Part shown: in pieces, positions 21,247 to 30,531 of the stretch | Layout: every line of letters starts with the position of its first letter | Numbering within the stretch: the stretch's first letter is position 1 | Source: a phage | Reading direction: 5' to 3' (one strand) | Assembly: GCA_012416205.1 (NCBI GenBank) | Contig: GCA_012416205.1_3033.2 | DNA: 64,000 nt | Notes under the pieces: generated by a model | Databases searched by the model: none | What the model was told of the DNA's origin: nothing | What the model saw: only the letters and a program-made list of their open reading frames with translations | Program-made: the position numbers and the translations under genes

Positions 21247-23340
21247 TTATCCTTGAACGAACTTGTAAGGCATGTTTGTAATATCTATGCAAGACGCAAT
21301 AATTCCAAGAGATGATTCTACTTTCTGTTTAACATTTGATGAAACAAATGATGCAAAGTCAACTCTGTCTTCTATTTCAATATCACCTGTCATTGCAACC
21401 AATTCACCAGTTTCCATTAAATGGTCTCCGTCATAGATTACCGATTCGGTGAGTTCTTCGGTGGTCATAACTTCAGCTTGAATGAGTTTTGTATTATTAG
21501 ACGTGGTTCCGTCATTATTAGAAGCATCAGTTATTTTATTAACTTTGACCATCAATCCGCGCGGTAGAATAACTTCAGCTTCTGTTGCTATTCCGAGATT
21601 TCCTGGATATACAACATTAACTTTATGAGCTCCATCAATTGCCCATCCTATTTGAACTTTAACGTATTCAGGATTTTCTTTATACGCTCTTATTTCGTTT
21701 GGATTAATAGTTATTCCTTCTTCATTTTTATCAACTGTTAATTCATTGCGAGCTTCTGGTTCTAAAAGACCAATACCAGCATGTGTAATTCCAAAACGTC
21801 CAAAAATGATAGGAGTTAAAGAAGTAGATACAAAATTTCTGAAGTAGAACACTTTATTTTTAACTAGTGCTTCGTATATAGGAGCAGTCATACTTTGAGC
21901 ACGATAAACTGTGATGCCTTCCGGTATGCGGTCACCATTTTCAAAAGCTGAATCTAAGTTATTTATAGCAGATTCAATTTCTTTTTCACTCATTACATCA
22001 TATCGTTCTGGATTGTAACGACCTAAAAGAAGATTATTGATGTCAGTATATCCTGAACCGCAATATTCTCTAATGCCACGCTTTTGTGATGGAGTATATT
22101 TAGAACCATCGCGGGCAATAGTAATATCAATCATTGGACCAGCACCAATTCCAGAAAAACTGTAAATCATTCGTTTGAGGAATTTAGTTTTTGCTGCGTT
22201 CCAGGAATTTTTAGTTATTTCTTCCCAGACTTCATCTGGTTGTCCTTTACGATTTTTATTATGATTAGCAAGCCATTTATCTTTATAATCTTCAAAGAAT
22301 TGATTTACAGCTGCTGCGTATTTCTCTAAACATTTTATTGAAGTAGTTGGTTCATTTTTAATTGCATTAAAAATTACTTCTTTAATTTTTTCTGAAACTT
22401 CACCGACTTGACTCATTGGAAAGAATTTATAATCATAGTGAAGTTCATCTGCCGTTCCTTCAGCAATAATTTTTGCTGCCTTTGTTTTAGAAGCTAATGA
22501 ATTAATTCCAATTTTCATTTCTTCTGCTTCGGGAATTAAAGGTGCAGTAGCTGGTTTATTAAAATTAGCTGCTGTAGATTCATACTTCTGGAATAATTCA
22601 CTTTCAAATCTAGAAGATTCCAATGACTGACTTTGTGCAATTGCTCTACGGGAAATTTTAACTTTAACGATTACAGCTTGGTCAGAACGTTTATCATTTT
22701 CTTGCGCAATAGATGCTGCAATTGCCTCATTTTTAGTTACTTGGGCTCCAGTATCTTTATTGATATAAACATCACCGACTTTCGATTCAACTTTAGTAAA
22801 GAGCTCGGTACTAATTTCCGGAACTCCTGGAATGTCTTCTAGTGATACATTTTTGCGATGTATAAGAATATATGCATACTTTTTATCATAATCCCAGAGT
22901 TCCTTAAGAAGGACGTATCTGCCACCTGAACGACTACGGATAAGTCTATCAGCAATAACTTGAATTTGTCGAGCTTGACCAGCGGTTTTAGACTTAAGAA
23001 TACGAAGCATACAAGCATCAATTTTATACTGACGCATTGTTTGCATTGCAACAGTAAAAACTGAATTGATATAATTAATTGGGCTTGGACCAAGACCTTT
23101 TAATTTAGCAATTGAACCTTTAGCAGTTAATGTAAAAGGAACAATATGCATCATTTTATCGCCCATCTTTAAATCGCGATTAGTATCACCTCCAGATGTA
23201 TAGGTACATAAACGAAAGCCTGGCTGTTCAATTGCATCATCAACGTGAACTGAAAAAATTTGCGGTATTTTCTTCTTTGGATTTAAGTTTGTAATCGGAA
23301 GAGTAGTATCTTCGTCAAATAATTCTGTAATAAGTTCCAT
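21247..23340 (-). CDS. alt: RNA polymerase ADP-ribosyltransferase Alt
   Basis: 697 aa from the second Met (better RBS spacing); recognisable Alt N-terminus MELITELFDEDTT; ART motifs YRAQ, FVSTSL, EAEVILPRG. Confidence 0.9.
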   Translation of the reverse strand: MELITELFDEDTTLPITNLNPKKKIPQIFSVHVDDAIEQPGFRLCTYTSGGDTNRDLKMGDKMMHIVPFTLTAKGSIAKLKGLGPSPINYINSVFTVAMQTMRQYKIDACMLRILKSKTAGQARQIQVIADRLIRSRSGGRYVLLKELWDYDKKYAYILIHRKNVSLEDIPGVPEISTELFTKVESKVGDVYINKDTGAQVTKNEAIAASIAQENDKRSDQAVIVKVKISRRAIAQSQSLESSRFESELFQKYESTAANFNKPATAPLIPEAEEMKIGINSLASKTKAAKIIAEGTADELHYDYKFFPMSQVGEVSEKIKEVIFNAIKNEPTTSIKCLEKYAAAVNQFFEDYKDKWLANHNKNRKGQPDEVWEEITKNSWNAAKTKFLKRMIYSFSGIGAGPMIDITIARDGSKYTPSQKRGIREYCGSGYTDINNLLLGRYNPERYDVMSEKEIESAINNLDSAFENGDRIPEGITVYRAQSMTAPIYEALVKNKVFYFRNFVSTSLTPIIFGRFGITHAGIGLLEPEARNELTVDKNEEGITINPNEIRAYKENPEYVKVQIGWAIDGAHKVNVVYPGNLGIATEAEVILPRGLMVKVNKITDASNNDGTTSNNTKLIQAEVMTTEELTESVIYDGDHLMETGELVAMTGDIEIEDRVDFASFVSSNVKQKVESSLGIIASCIDITNMPYKFVQG

Positions 23341-23363
23341 CATAGCCTCTCTAGTGTTTATTC

Positions 23364-23371
23364 TATTTATA
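23364..23371 (-). promoter_or_regulatory. Late promoter box TATAAATA (minus strand) upstream of alt
   Basis: Reverse complement TATAAATA about 20 bp upstream of the alt start. Confidence 0.55.
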
Positions 23372-23378
23372 AAATTAA

Positions 23379-23392
23379 AGGCCCGAAGGCCT
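23379..23392 (-). terminator. Hairpin GGCC-CGAA-GGCC upstream of the alt promoter
   Basis: Short GC inverted repeat directly after the stop of ORF 23393-23581. Confidence 0.4.
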
Positions 23393-23581
23393 TTAGTAAT
23401 CTAGTGGTAAGAGAGTACGATATATTTCAAACTTTGGTCCTTTTTCATAGGCATCAAATGTTTCTGTAAATTTATTATAAGCGTATGCATCTACAAATTC
23501 GAGAATGACTTGTGATACAGAAGTAGAAACATCTCCGCCTTCTTTTTGAGCAATGACAATTGTTTCTAAGTAAGCTTTCAT
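23393..23581 (-). CDS. Hypothetical 62-aa protein between alt and gene 30
   Basis: ORF overlapping the gene 30 stop by 4 bp. Confidence 0.5.
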   Translation of the reverse strand: MKAYLETIVIAQKEGGDVSTSVSQVILEFVDAYAYNKFTETFDAYEKGPKFEIYRTLLPLDY

Positions 23582-25041
23582 AAACCAGTTACCTCATGAA
23601 AATCACCAAATACATCCTCGAATGTATTAGCTTTAGTTTTATCTTCACGTAAACGAATCGCAATCGGAAGAAATAATTTAACGTAATCAGTGCGGCCATC
23701 AGATTTTAACCAACCGTTGCATTCGCACTCTAGAATTTTTCCAATATAATAATTTTGGTTTTCCATAATGCGAGTACGGTCAAGTTCATGTGATTTTACG
23801 CCGGCTTTGTCTTTTAAGCCTGAACCAGCATTTACTTTAATTTTTCCACACTCTGACTCAAGAATAAATCCACCTGCTTTAGTAGGGTCTTTACGGTGAG
23901 GATAAATTCCTACAATTTTTAAATCAACATCAATTACTTCTTTAAATTTATAGAGATTTTTTGAACGGGCATTTTCCCATAACCCATCAACGTTTTTGAG
24001 AATAATACCTTCAAGACCTTGATCAATATACTTTTTGTAAATTACCTTAGCTTCATCTAGGTTATTTACTACCTGGTTTTCAATTAAAATTACTTTATCA
24101 TAGCCTGATGTCATTTGTTCTAGTTTAGAAAAACGTACATCATACTTTAAACGAAATGCAGGAAGACCATATATTTCTACTAATGGAACATAATCCCAGA
24201 CCTGAAACTTCATGCATTGTGCTTCTTTTTCGGAAATGGTTCCCTTTAAAGATTTATTAGCGATTCCATTAGAAGCAGTACGTGATTCAGCTACTTCGAC
24301 GAATTCTTTAGCTTTACTAATTTCAGGATAAGCATTAAAAAGAAAATCTAGGCCTTCTGGCTCCTTTTTAACTTGCTCATGGTATACCAATTCGCCATCA
24401 ATTAACACACCTTCTGGATGAATCTGGCGGGCTTCAGCGGTCATTTTAATTAACTCTTCCTTAAGAAGATCTAATCCTAGATATTCATTACCAGCTCGTG
24501 ATAAAAGACGAACATCATCTAATTCATCACCTCTGACTTCAGCAAAGCACCGAGCTCCATCAGCTTTTAACTGGGCAAAAGCTGGAAATTTGATATTCTT
24601 ATTAATGCCTTTTTCATCATAAGAACTTGCAAGCATTTGAGGTTGTTCAGGAATTAAACCTGGCCAAACTTTGTTTGCAATAGATACTGAAGCACCGCAT
24701 TCAAGGTCTCGCATCATCACTCGACGCAAAACTTCAACATCATCTTTTTTACCATCGGTGATATATCCAATTAATTCCTCAATTGCCGCATTTCCAGTCA
24801 ATTTCCGAGTAGCTAACGTGAATTCAATGAAGTCAAGCATATCGGTAAGAGTCAACATTCCAAAACTCTGGGTAGCAATACCCGGTTTAGGCCATTTCTT
24901 GATATAATACTGTAACCCACGAGAATAAGTCAGACGATATACTCGTTTAAGCAATTCATTATCTTTGTTCTTTTCAAGAATTGCTTGCTTCTGCTTAGTT
25001 GAACCAATAGATGCTATTTCGTTCAGAATTTTAAGAATCAT
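23578..25041 (-). CDS. 30: ATP-dependent DNA ligase gp30
   Basis: 487 aa (T4 DNA ligase length); adenylation motif KADGAR. Confidence 0.93.
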   Translation of the reverse strand: MILKILNEIASIGSTKQKQAILEKNKDNELLKRVYRLTYSRGLQYYIKKWPKPGIATQSFGMLTLTDMLDFIEFTLATRKLTGNAAIEELIGYITDGKKDDVEVLRRVMMRDLECGASVSIANKVWPGLIPEQPQMLASSYDEKGINKNIKFPAFAQLKADGARCFAEVRGDELDDVRLLSRAGNEYLGLDLLKEELIKMTAEARQIHPEGVLIDGELVYHEQVKKEPEGLDFLFNAYPEISKAKEFVEVAESRTASNGIANKSLKGTISEKEAQCMKFQVWDYVPLVEIYGLPAFRLKYDVRFSKLEQMTSGYDKVILIENQVVNNLDEAKVIYKKYIDQGLEGIILKNVDGLWENARSKNLYKFKEVIDVDLKIVGIYPHRKDPTKAGGFILESECGKIKVNAGSGLKDKAGVKSHELDRTRIMENQNYYIGKILECECNGWLKSDGRTDYVKLFLPIAIRLREDKTKANTFEDVFGDFHEVTGL

Positions 25042-25307
25042 TGTTCATCCTTTAGAGTTTGGTTTACAGCTCTATTATAAATCAATTCATCATTAAGCTC
25101 AGTCAAAGACCTGTGGTACGTGGTTCTAACTTTATTTCCTTGCATCCAGTGCTTGACGTAAATGAAACCTTGCTCTACACATTTTTTAAAAATTCGTTCG
25201 TCTTTTTGAGCTCGGAATTCTGGATTGCATCTAAAAAATTGATTTACGTGACCGTAATCACGTGTAGTATTACCTTCATTTTCATAAATAGTATGAACAA
25301 CAAACAT
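25038..25307 (-). CDS. Hypothetical protein (T4 30.1 position)
   Basis: 89 aa ORF, 4-bp overlap with gene 30. Confidence 0.5.
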   Translation of the reverse strand: MFVVHTIYENEGNTTRDYGHVNQFFRCNPEFRAQKDERIFKKCVEQGFIYVKHWMQGNKVRTTYHRSLTELNDELIYNRAVNQTLKDEQ

Positions 25308-26143
25308 TAAAATGCTCCTTGAAAAATATTATCACCACTAGTAGGTCTATTATACAAATACTCTATGCCACCAGGTTTAATATAGTTCCATGTCTGAAAC
25401 GGATGTGTCTGATATGGATGATATGGATTATAAGGATTAAATCCAGGAGTTCTCCAGGTAGTGTTCCAAGGAAAAGAATCGTTTTTGATCATCTTCTCAA
25501 TTACATCTTTTATAACTTTTTCACTATCAAAACTTTCTTTATTTTCCTTCGATGGAAAAAGCTTATTCTCGACATCATTCCATGTATAAACTCGCTGTGC
25601 AGTTTTTGGAATACTGTCACGCTCCCCTCGAGCCATCCAATAAACAGGAACATTTAATATTTCACTCGCGTGATCGCAGTGGTGAGCGAGATCGTCAATA
25701 TAACAAATTACGTTATATTTCTCTTTTGCCTTTTTGAACAACTCTTCTTTTGAAGAATCATGACCACACATCAATACTTCTGAGAAGGCACCAGGAAAAA
25801 GAGCATTCAAATTAAATTGACGATTCAGCAGAGCGTCAATAGAATCACCCAATGCTGTAACAGCTACAAAATTATAATCTTCTTTTAATTTGTTAATTAC
25901 ACACAGGGCATCTTTATATGGAGACAAGTAACGAATAAAATCTGAACGATTGTATTTTTCAATTAACTTGACGCCAAGTTCTTCATCACAATTAAAAAGT
26001 TTACCTGGAGAAATAAATTTCTCATCTTGGATCATTTTTAAAATATGTTCCAACGGAAGATTATATTTCTGGGCAAAATAAGGAAGTCCTGATTGCCAGC
26101 TTAAACATACTCCATCAATATCAGTTAAAATAGTAGGCTTCAT
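25307..26143 (-). CDS. HAD-like hydrolase (T4 30.2 position)
   Basis: 278 aa; N-terminal LTDIDGV (HAD motif I DxDG[VT]) and downstream YIDD. Confidence 0.6.
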   Translation of the reverse strand: MKPTILTDIDGVCLSWQSGLPYFAQKYNLPLEHILKMIQDEKFISPGKLFNCDEELGVKLIEKYNRSDFIRYLSPYKDALCVINKLKEDYNFVAVTALGDSIDALLNRQFNLNALFPGAFSEVLMCGHDSSKEELFKKAKEKYNVICYIDDLAHHCDHASEILNVPVYWMARGERDSIPKTAQRVYTWNDVENKLFPSKENKESFDSEKVIKDVIEKMIKNDSFPWNTTWRTPGFNPYNPYHPYQTHPFQTWNYIKPGGIEYLYNRPTSGDNIFQGAF

Positions 26144-26604
26144 AGAGAGTCTCTTAATAGGTTTAACACATCAATAAATTCAGCTTCGGTTAGTATTGTA
26201 TCATCTTTTGTTAGACCACTAGCCATGCTGTGCTTCAAAACTTTTCCTTTCGAGGCTAGTAATGCATCACGAAAGCCCTTGTTTTGAATCGCTGCTTCAA
26301 AATATGCATTTGTGTATAATTCTTTCCACGCCGGGGAGTATCTTGAAAACGGAACTCCGAGCCAGAAGAGGGTCCCACGGTCCTGAGCTCTTGCATAAGA
26401 CCTTCCAGCTTGCTGTGCGGCAAGCCCGGATAACCCAAATATACGACGTTGTTGTTCAACATTTTTCACCTTACACCCTTGGAGGAATCCTTCGAGACCT
26501 CCAAATTGAATACCATCCATGACGAAAGGCCATTGGGCGAAATTACTTAATGCACATGATGGCCACCTAAAATTGCTTCTAATCTCTAACTCAGACATTT
26601 TCAA
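26140..26604 (-). CDS. NADAR/YbiA-like (DUF1768) domain protein (T4 30.3 position)
   Basis: 154 aa; LSNFAQWPF...DGIQFGGLEGFLQGCKV matches the SNF...P...EH.FQ..K core pattern of YbiA/NADAR proteins. Confidence 0.7.
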   Translation of the reverse strand: MKMSELEIRSNFRWPSCALSNFAQWPFVMDGIQFGGLEGFLQGCKVKNVEQQRRIFGLSGLAAQQAGRSYARAQDRGTLFWLGVPFSRYSPAWKELYTNAYFEAAIQNKGFRDALLASKGKVLKHSMASGLTKDDTILTEAEFIDVLNLLRDSL

Positions 26605-26797
26605 TGCTTATAATTTCAACATCAGCCCAATGACCATAGCAAGGAAGACGAAATTCAACTGGCCAGTTAGGGTCCTTTTCTAATATAATAGACTTAACTT
26701 GTGGTTCTTCATGTTCATCAGTATATGGATTTTTATCTGTTACTTTATATGTGACCTTAATGTACTGAATTCCAAAAATCTTATTAATTATATTCAT
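26591..26797 (-). CDS. Hypothetical protein (30.x cluster)
   Basis: 68 aa ORF, tightly packed in the 30.x operon. Confidence 0.45.
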   Translation of the reverse strand: MNIINKIFGIQYIKVTYKVTDKNPYTDEHEEPQVKSIILEKDPNWPVEFRLPCYGHWADVEIISIENV

Positions 26798-26991
26798 ACT
26801 AATTCCTTTAATCCGTAAATAGGAGATAATTCATCACCCATGCGAAGGTCTTCATTTCCATCTACCCAGGAAACAATATAAGCCTCTTTTATTTGAATAC
26901 CACTCCATTTAAATGGAGGTAGAACCTTAGAAATTAATCCAGGTATACCAATTCCCTTTAATTCAACAGTTTGACCTAAAAAGAATTTCAT
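26794..26991 (-). CDS. Hypothetical protein (30.x cluster)
   Basis: 65 aa ORF, 4-bp overlaps with neighbours. Confidence 0.45.
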   Translation of the reverse strand: MKFFLGQTVELKGIGIPGLISKVLPPFKWSGIQIKEAYIVSWVDGNEDLRMGDELSPIYGLKELV

Positions 26992-27278
26992 TAGAACCTC
27001 ATCTGAAAACCGTGCGATTTAACATTACCGCCGCCAATATCAGAAATGTTAATTTCACGCGCAATTGAAGGGTCAATGTCAATTTCGCGATTGAGTTTAG
27101 TGATAGCTAAAGTATCGCGCCCATTTACAGTACGAAACTCTAAAGGACAAACCACATCAACGTAGTTTTTAATCGATTCGCTAGTAGGTTGCAAATGTGC
27201 AGGAAGGTCTTTAGGCGCCTTTGAGAAAACTACTTCGCAGAAGTTTTTACGGGTATCAAAATAAGTAGTCATAAACAT
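26991..27278 (-). CDS. Hypothetical protein (30.x cluster)
   Basis: Start moved to the internal ATG with a GAGGA RBS; the longer track ORF would run through the hairpin at 27297-27310. Confidence 0.5.
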   Translation of the reverse strand: MFMTTYFDTRKNFCEVVFSKAPKDLPAHLQPTSESIKNYVDVVCPLEFRTVNGRDTLAITKLNREIDIDPSIAREINISDIGGGNVKSHGFQMRF

Positions 27279-27296
27279 AATATTTTCCTCAGTAAG

Positions 27297-27310
27297 GGGC
27301 CGAAGCCCCC
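27297..27310 (-). terminator. Hairpin GGGGC-CGAA-GCCCC
   Basis: Perfect 5-bp GC stem between two 30.x ORFs. Confidence 0.4.
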
Positions 27311-27319
27311 TCATTTATT

Positions 27320-27697
27320 TTAAATATCAAATTCATTAAGAACTACATCAAAGATTGCTTCAAGATGCTCAGGTTTAGCTCTGTTACTCAGAATATGACG
27401 AATCCAAGTTTTAACCAAAAGCTTGCGATTAGCACCATTCCAGCAAGGATGAGTCCCTAAATCACGTTGACGAAAATCATCATCCAGAGCGATTTTGAAG
27501 TTTGAACCTTCCATTGTGATTGAAACCGTGATTCCATTTTCAAATCGCATATAAACGTAATTAGGAGTCATATACTGTTCAATTTCGCATACTGATCCAT
27601 TTTGATGTTTCCAAAGGCAAATAGTATCAATAGAACCTGCAATACCATTAGAAACATATTTACGTTCAAAGTTGATGTAGTTCATTTTATTCTCCAA
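27320..27697 (-). CDS. Hypothetical protein (30.x cluster)
   Basis: 125 aa ORF. Confidence 0.5.
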   Translation of the reverse strand: MENKMNYINFERKYVSNGIAGSIDTICLWKHQNGSVCEIEQYMTPNYVYMRFENGITVSITMEGSNFKIALDDDFRQRDLGTHPCWNGANRKLLVKTWIRHILSNRAKPEHLEAIFDVVLNEFDI

Positions 27698-27752
27698 GAT
27701 GTTTAATTGCGGTACAGGTATATAATATCATATCCTGTACCAAAGTAAACAA

Positions 27753-28085
27753 TTATTTTACTACTTTCCAATGCTGCATGTCAAGTTTACCAACTTTTTT
27801 CATCTTCTCAATTAAGCGTTCGGCACGTTGGCGAGCTGTAACATAATACCATTCACCTAATTCATTTTGTTCAATTTTTCCAACGATTACTGTATTCAAT
27901 TCATAAATCCAACCAGTAAAGAAATTATGAACTTGAATTGTAAAGGTGAAATCTGTTCCCATACCTTCTGTTGTTTCTACTTCAATAATATCACCTTCAA
28001 CTGCCATTAAGAACCACATAGTTTCATCATATTTACCATTGAAGCATTTAGTTTTAACTGCAGCGTTCAGATTAATCGTTTTCAT
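27753..28085 (-). CDS. Hypothetical protein (30.x cluster)
   Basis: 110 aa ORF with an early-promoter-like element upstream. Confidence 0.5.
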   Translation of the reverse strand: MKTINLNAAVKTKCFNGKYDETMWFLMAVEGDIIEVETTEGMGTDFTFTIQVHNFFTGWIYELNTVIVGKIEQNELGEWYYVTARQRAERLIEKMKKVGKLDMQHWKVVK

Positions 28086-28112
28086 TTTATTCTCCTTTGT
28101 TTGTGTAAGATA

Positions 28113-28190
28113 ATACTATCACAAAGGAGCTATACTGTAAACAACTTTATGCAATCTTTGGAAAATAAAAAAGGACTCCCGAAGGAGTCC
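28113..28190 (-). promoter_or_regulatory. Terminator hairpin (GGACTCC-CGAA-GGAGTCC) followed by AT-rich UP-like tract and GTTTAC(18)TAGTAT early-promoter-like element
   Basis: Same architecture as the cassettes at 44723-44804 and 61033-61113. Confidence 0.45.
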
Positions 28191-28195
28191 TCAAC

Positions 28196-28414
28196 TTATG
28201 CTTTCTGCTTACCAAAACGAGAAGCATCATCTCGAAGAACCGCACGTGCTCGGCGCATGATCTTCTCAACAGTTTGATTGATACGAGAGTTCGACCCACG
28301 CTTGTAGCCAGCGCGTTTAGAATCACCAACTTTCTTTTCAACTGCTTTCTTTGCTTTAGCTTGTTTTGCCATTATAAATTCTCTTTTAAATGAAAATGCA
28401 GGACTTATTGGCAT
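28196..28414 (-). CDS. Small lysine/arginine-rich basic protein of unknown function
   Basis: Core MAKQAKAKKAVEKKVGDSKRAGYKRGSNSRINQTVEKIMRRARAVLRDDASRFGKQKA; start is either 28414 or 28372. Confidence 0.5.
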   Translation of the reverse strand: MPISPAFSFKREFIMAKQAKAKKAVEKKVGDSKRAGYKRGSNSRINQTVEKIMRRARAVLRDDASRFGKQKA

Positions 28415-28616
28415 TGCCTGCGCAAGCCCTCAAGGGGAACATAGGTTTTTGGATATTTAACGACCAGGATAACCATAAACCCGTCATCATTCACATTCAA
28501 GAGGTACACCGTAAAACTGCCGGGGTCTTAAAACTATAATGATTCGCAAATCATTAATCAGACAGTTCGACGGCTCCTCGATTTAGCTCACACTAAGGCA
28601 GTGAATCTCCAATAAA

Positions 28617-28865
28617 TTACTTCAGTGTTACCACAAAGTGACGAACTGCTTTTCGTGCAGCAGAAGCCAGAGGCTTAGCATATTTAAGTTCATCTTTTTC
28701 CTGAAGCTCAGCAGCTAATGCAGTTTGAGCAGGATTCAGATGTTTGAAATAACGCAGGATTTCAAGAGCTTCGGCTTCAACATCAATAGATGCGCCATAG
28801 TTTTCGTGACCATTATTCCATGCGTTTCGTTGCAGTTCAAGAGCGTGTTGTAATTGTTTAATCAT
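28617..28865 (-). CDS. rIII: Lysis inhibition accessory protein rIII
   Basis: 82 aa, T4 rIII length; located just upstream of gene 31 as in T4. Confidence 0.85.
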   Translation of the reverse strand: MIKQLQHALELQRNAWNNGHENYGASIDVEAEALEILRYFKHLNPAQTALAAELQEKDELKYAKPLASAARKAVRHFVVTLK

Positions 28866-29012
28866 TTAAAAATTCTCGTTAGAGATTAAAACTCGGTAGT
28901 CACGTTCTTCTGAATTTCATCTTCTTTCGACAGATCTCTCAGTTGTAGACTACCACATAGAATTGTTCGGTTAACTTATTATTCCGACACCCAATTCATA
29001 TTATTATTTATA

Positions 29013-29348
29013 TCACTTATAAAGACACGGAATAGCTTTATAGTGACAAGTAACGAATTTTTGTTTAATTTCTTTTGGCTGCTTAAGACCCAGAGCTACA
29101 AAAGGATGCGGAACATTTCGAATTTGACCAACTGGAAGAGAAGTCAAATCACCAACTTCGCAGAAACCTTCAGGAACATCAGGACCGACAGAGTGAACTA
29201 CACATAGTTCAGGAACTTCACCTTGAACACGTTTACCGATAATAAGTCCTGATTCTGTAACTTCTTCATCACCGGCTTGTGCAGGTTCAGAAACTAAAAT
29301 AACATATTCACCGACAGCACGAATTGGTAGCTGTTGTACTTCAGACAT
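29013..29348 (-). CDS. 31: GroES-like co-chaperonin gp31
   Basis: 111 aa (T4 gp31 length); between rIII and 31.1/cd. Confidence 0.9.
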
Positions 29349-29404
29349 CGTTTTTCCTTTTTGTTAACAGATGAATTAATAATAACAAATAATTCTTAAA
29401 GCAT

Positions 29405-29713
29405 TTATTTACCAATAAATTGGAGTAAATGCTCAACTTTCATACCATTAACAGAAATCAATTTGTCAATAGAAAAACCTCGCCATGCACCAAGCTCAAC
29501 ATCAAATACTGGAATCATGTCAGTAGATTCTTTCCGAGTAGATTCAGTCAATTTACCAGTTTGCATGGTTGGCATAAAGTCTGCATCGCGAGTACCTTTC
29601 ATAGTACGAATAGTACCATCAGACTTTTCAAAAACTACGTTTGAAACACCCATGGACAGTTTAGTTTTCAAAATTTCACGAATTGCTACTTTCTGCTCAG
29701 TTGTCAGTTTCAT
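29405..29713 (-). CDS. Hypothetical protein (T4 31.1 position)
   Basis: 102 aa ORF. Confidence 0.55.
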   Translation of the reverse strand: MKLTTEQKVAIREILKTKLSMGVSNVVFEKSDGTIRTMKGTRDADFMPTMQTGKLTESTRKESTDMIPVFDVELGAWRGFSIDKLISVNGMKVEHLLQFIGK

Positions 29714-29950
29714 TTATTTACCTATCACAGTTTTAATATGAGTTGTTCCACGTTCTTTAAGGGTGGAAAGTAATTTTTGGCATTTTTCTAAATCAGATTT
29801 CCAACTATATGGTCTATCAATACTAGTCCAATCAGTTTTATAATACTGTTTCCATTTAGAGAAAAAATACTTCTTATACTCTACAGCAAATGAAATGTTC
29901 TCGTTAGAATAAGAACTAATTGCTGTGAGCTGTACCAAACGAAATTTCAT
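29714..29950 (-). CDS. Hypothetical protein (T4 31.2 position)
   Basis: 78 aa ORF. Confidence 0.5.
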   Translation of the reverse strand: MKFRLVQLTAISSYSNENISFAVEYKKYFFSKWKQYYKTDWTSIDRPYSWKSDLEKCQKLLSTLKERGTTHIKTVIGK

Positions 29951-30531
29951 TATTCACCACAGAATTCGTTGATATTTTCCCAGTTTAACTTATTCAAGTT
30001 TTTCTTAGGAACATTAAACACTTCAATACCCGCATTTCGCAGAATATCATCCCAGCCAGGTTTATTTTTATCATATGTTTCACAATAAACCAGCTTTTTA
30101 ATACCAGATTGAGCTATCGCTTTTGCACAATCTGGGCAAGGAGAAAGTGTTACATACATAGTAGCACCTTCAATAGAAGAACCATTTCGTGCAGCAAACA
30201 AAATTGCATTTAGTTCAGCATGAATTTCATTTTTAGACGACCATTCCGAGTGAGCGCTACGGTGTTCTTTCGCCAAGACAAAGCGATCAGTTGAACCAAA
30301 TGATACGCATTCAGGCTTATGGCCTTGAATGATAGTATGTTTAGGCTTATTCAGCAACCAACCTTGCTCAGCAGCATAATCACAACAGTTCACACCACCA
30401 GCAGGTGAACCATTATATCCGGTAGAAATAATACGTCCATTCTTTTCAATTACTGCTCCTACCTTCCAGGAGCAACATTTTGATTCTTGTGATACTAAAT
30501 ATGCAATTTGAAGTACTGTACTCGCTTTCAT
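29950..30531 (-). CDS. cd: dCMP deaminase
   Basis: 193 aa; cytidine/dCMP deaminase zinc motifs HAELNAI and PCPDCAKAI. Confidence 0.92.
   Translation of the reverse strand: MKASTVLQIAYLVSQESKCCSWKVGAVIEKNGRIISTGYNGSPAGGVNCCDYAAEQGWLLNKPKHTIIQGHKPECVSFGSTDRFVLAKEHRSAHSEWSSKNEIHAELNAILFAARNGSSIEGATMYVTLSPCPDCAKAIAQSGIKKLVYCETYDKNKPGWDDILRNAGIEVFNVPKKNLNKLNWENINEFCGE

Noticed and set aside
28415-28616. Possible tRNA or CRISPR-like element in the non-coding tract near rIII
   Set aside because: No cloverleaf-compatible stems (the GTTCGA segment lacks complementary T-stem arms) and no repeat-spacer periodicity; kept only as a candidate structured RNA or leader.
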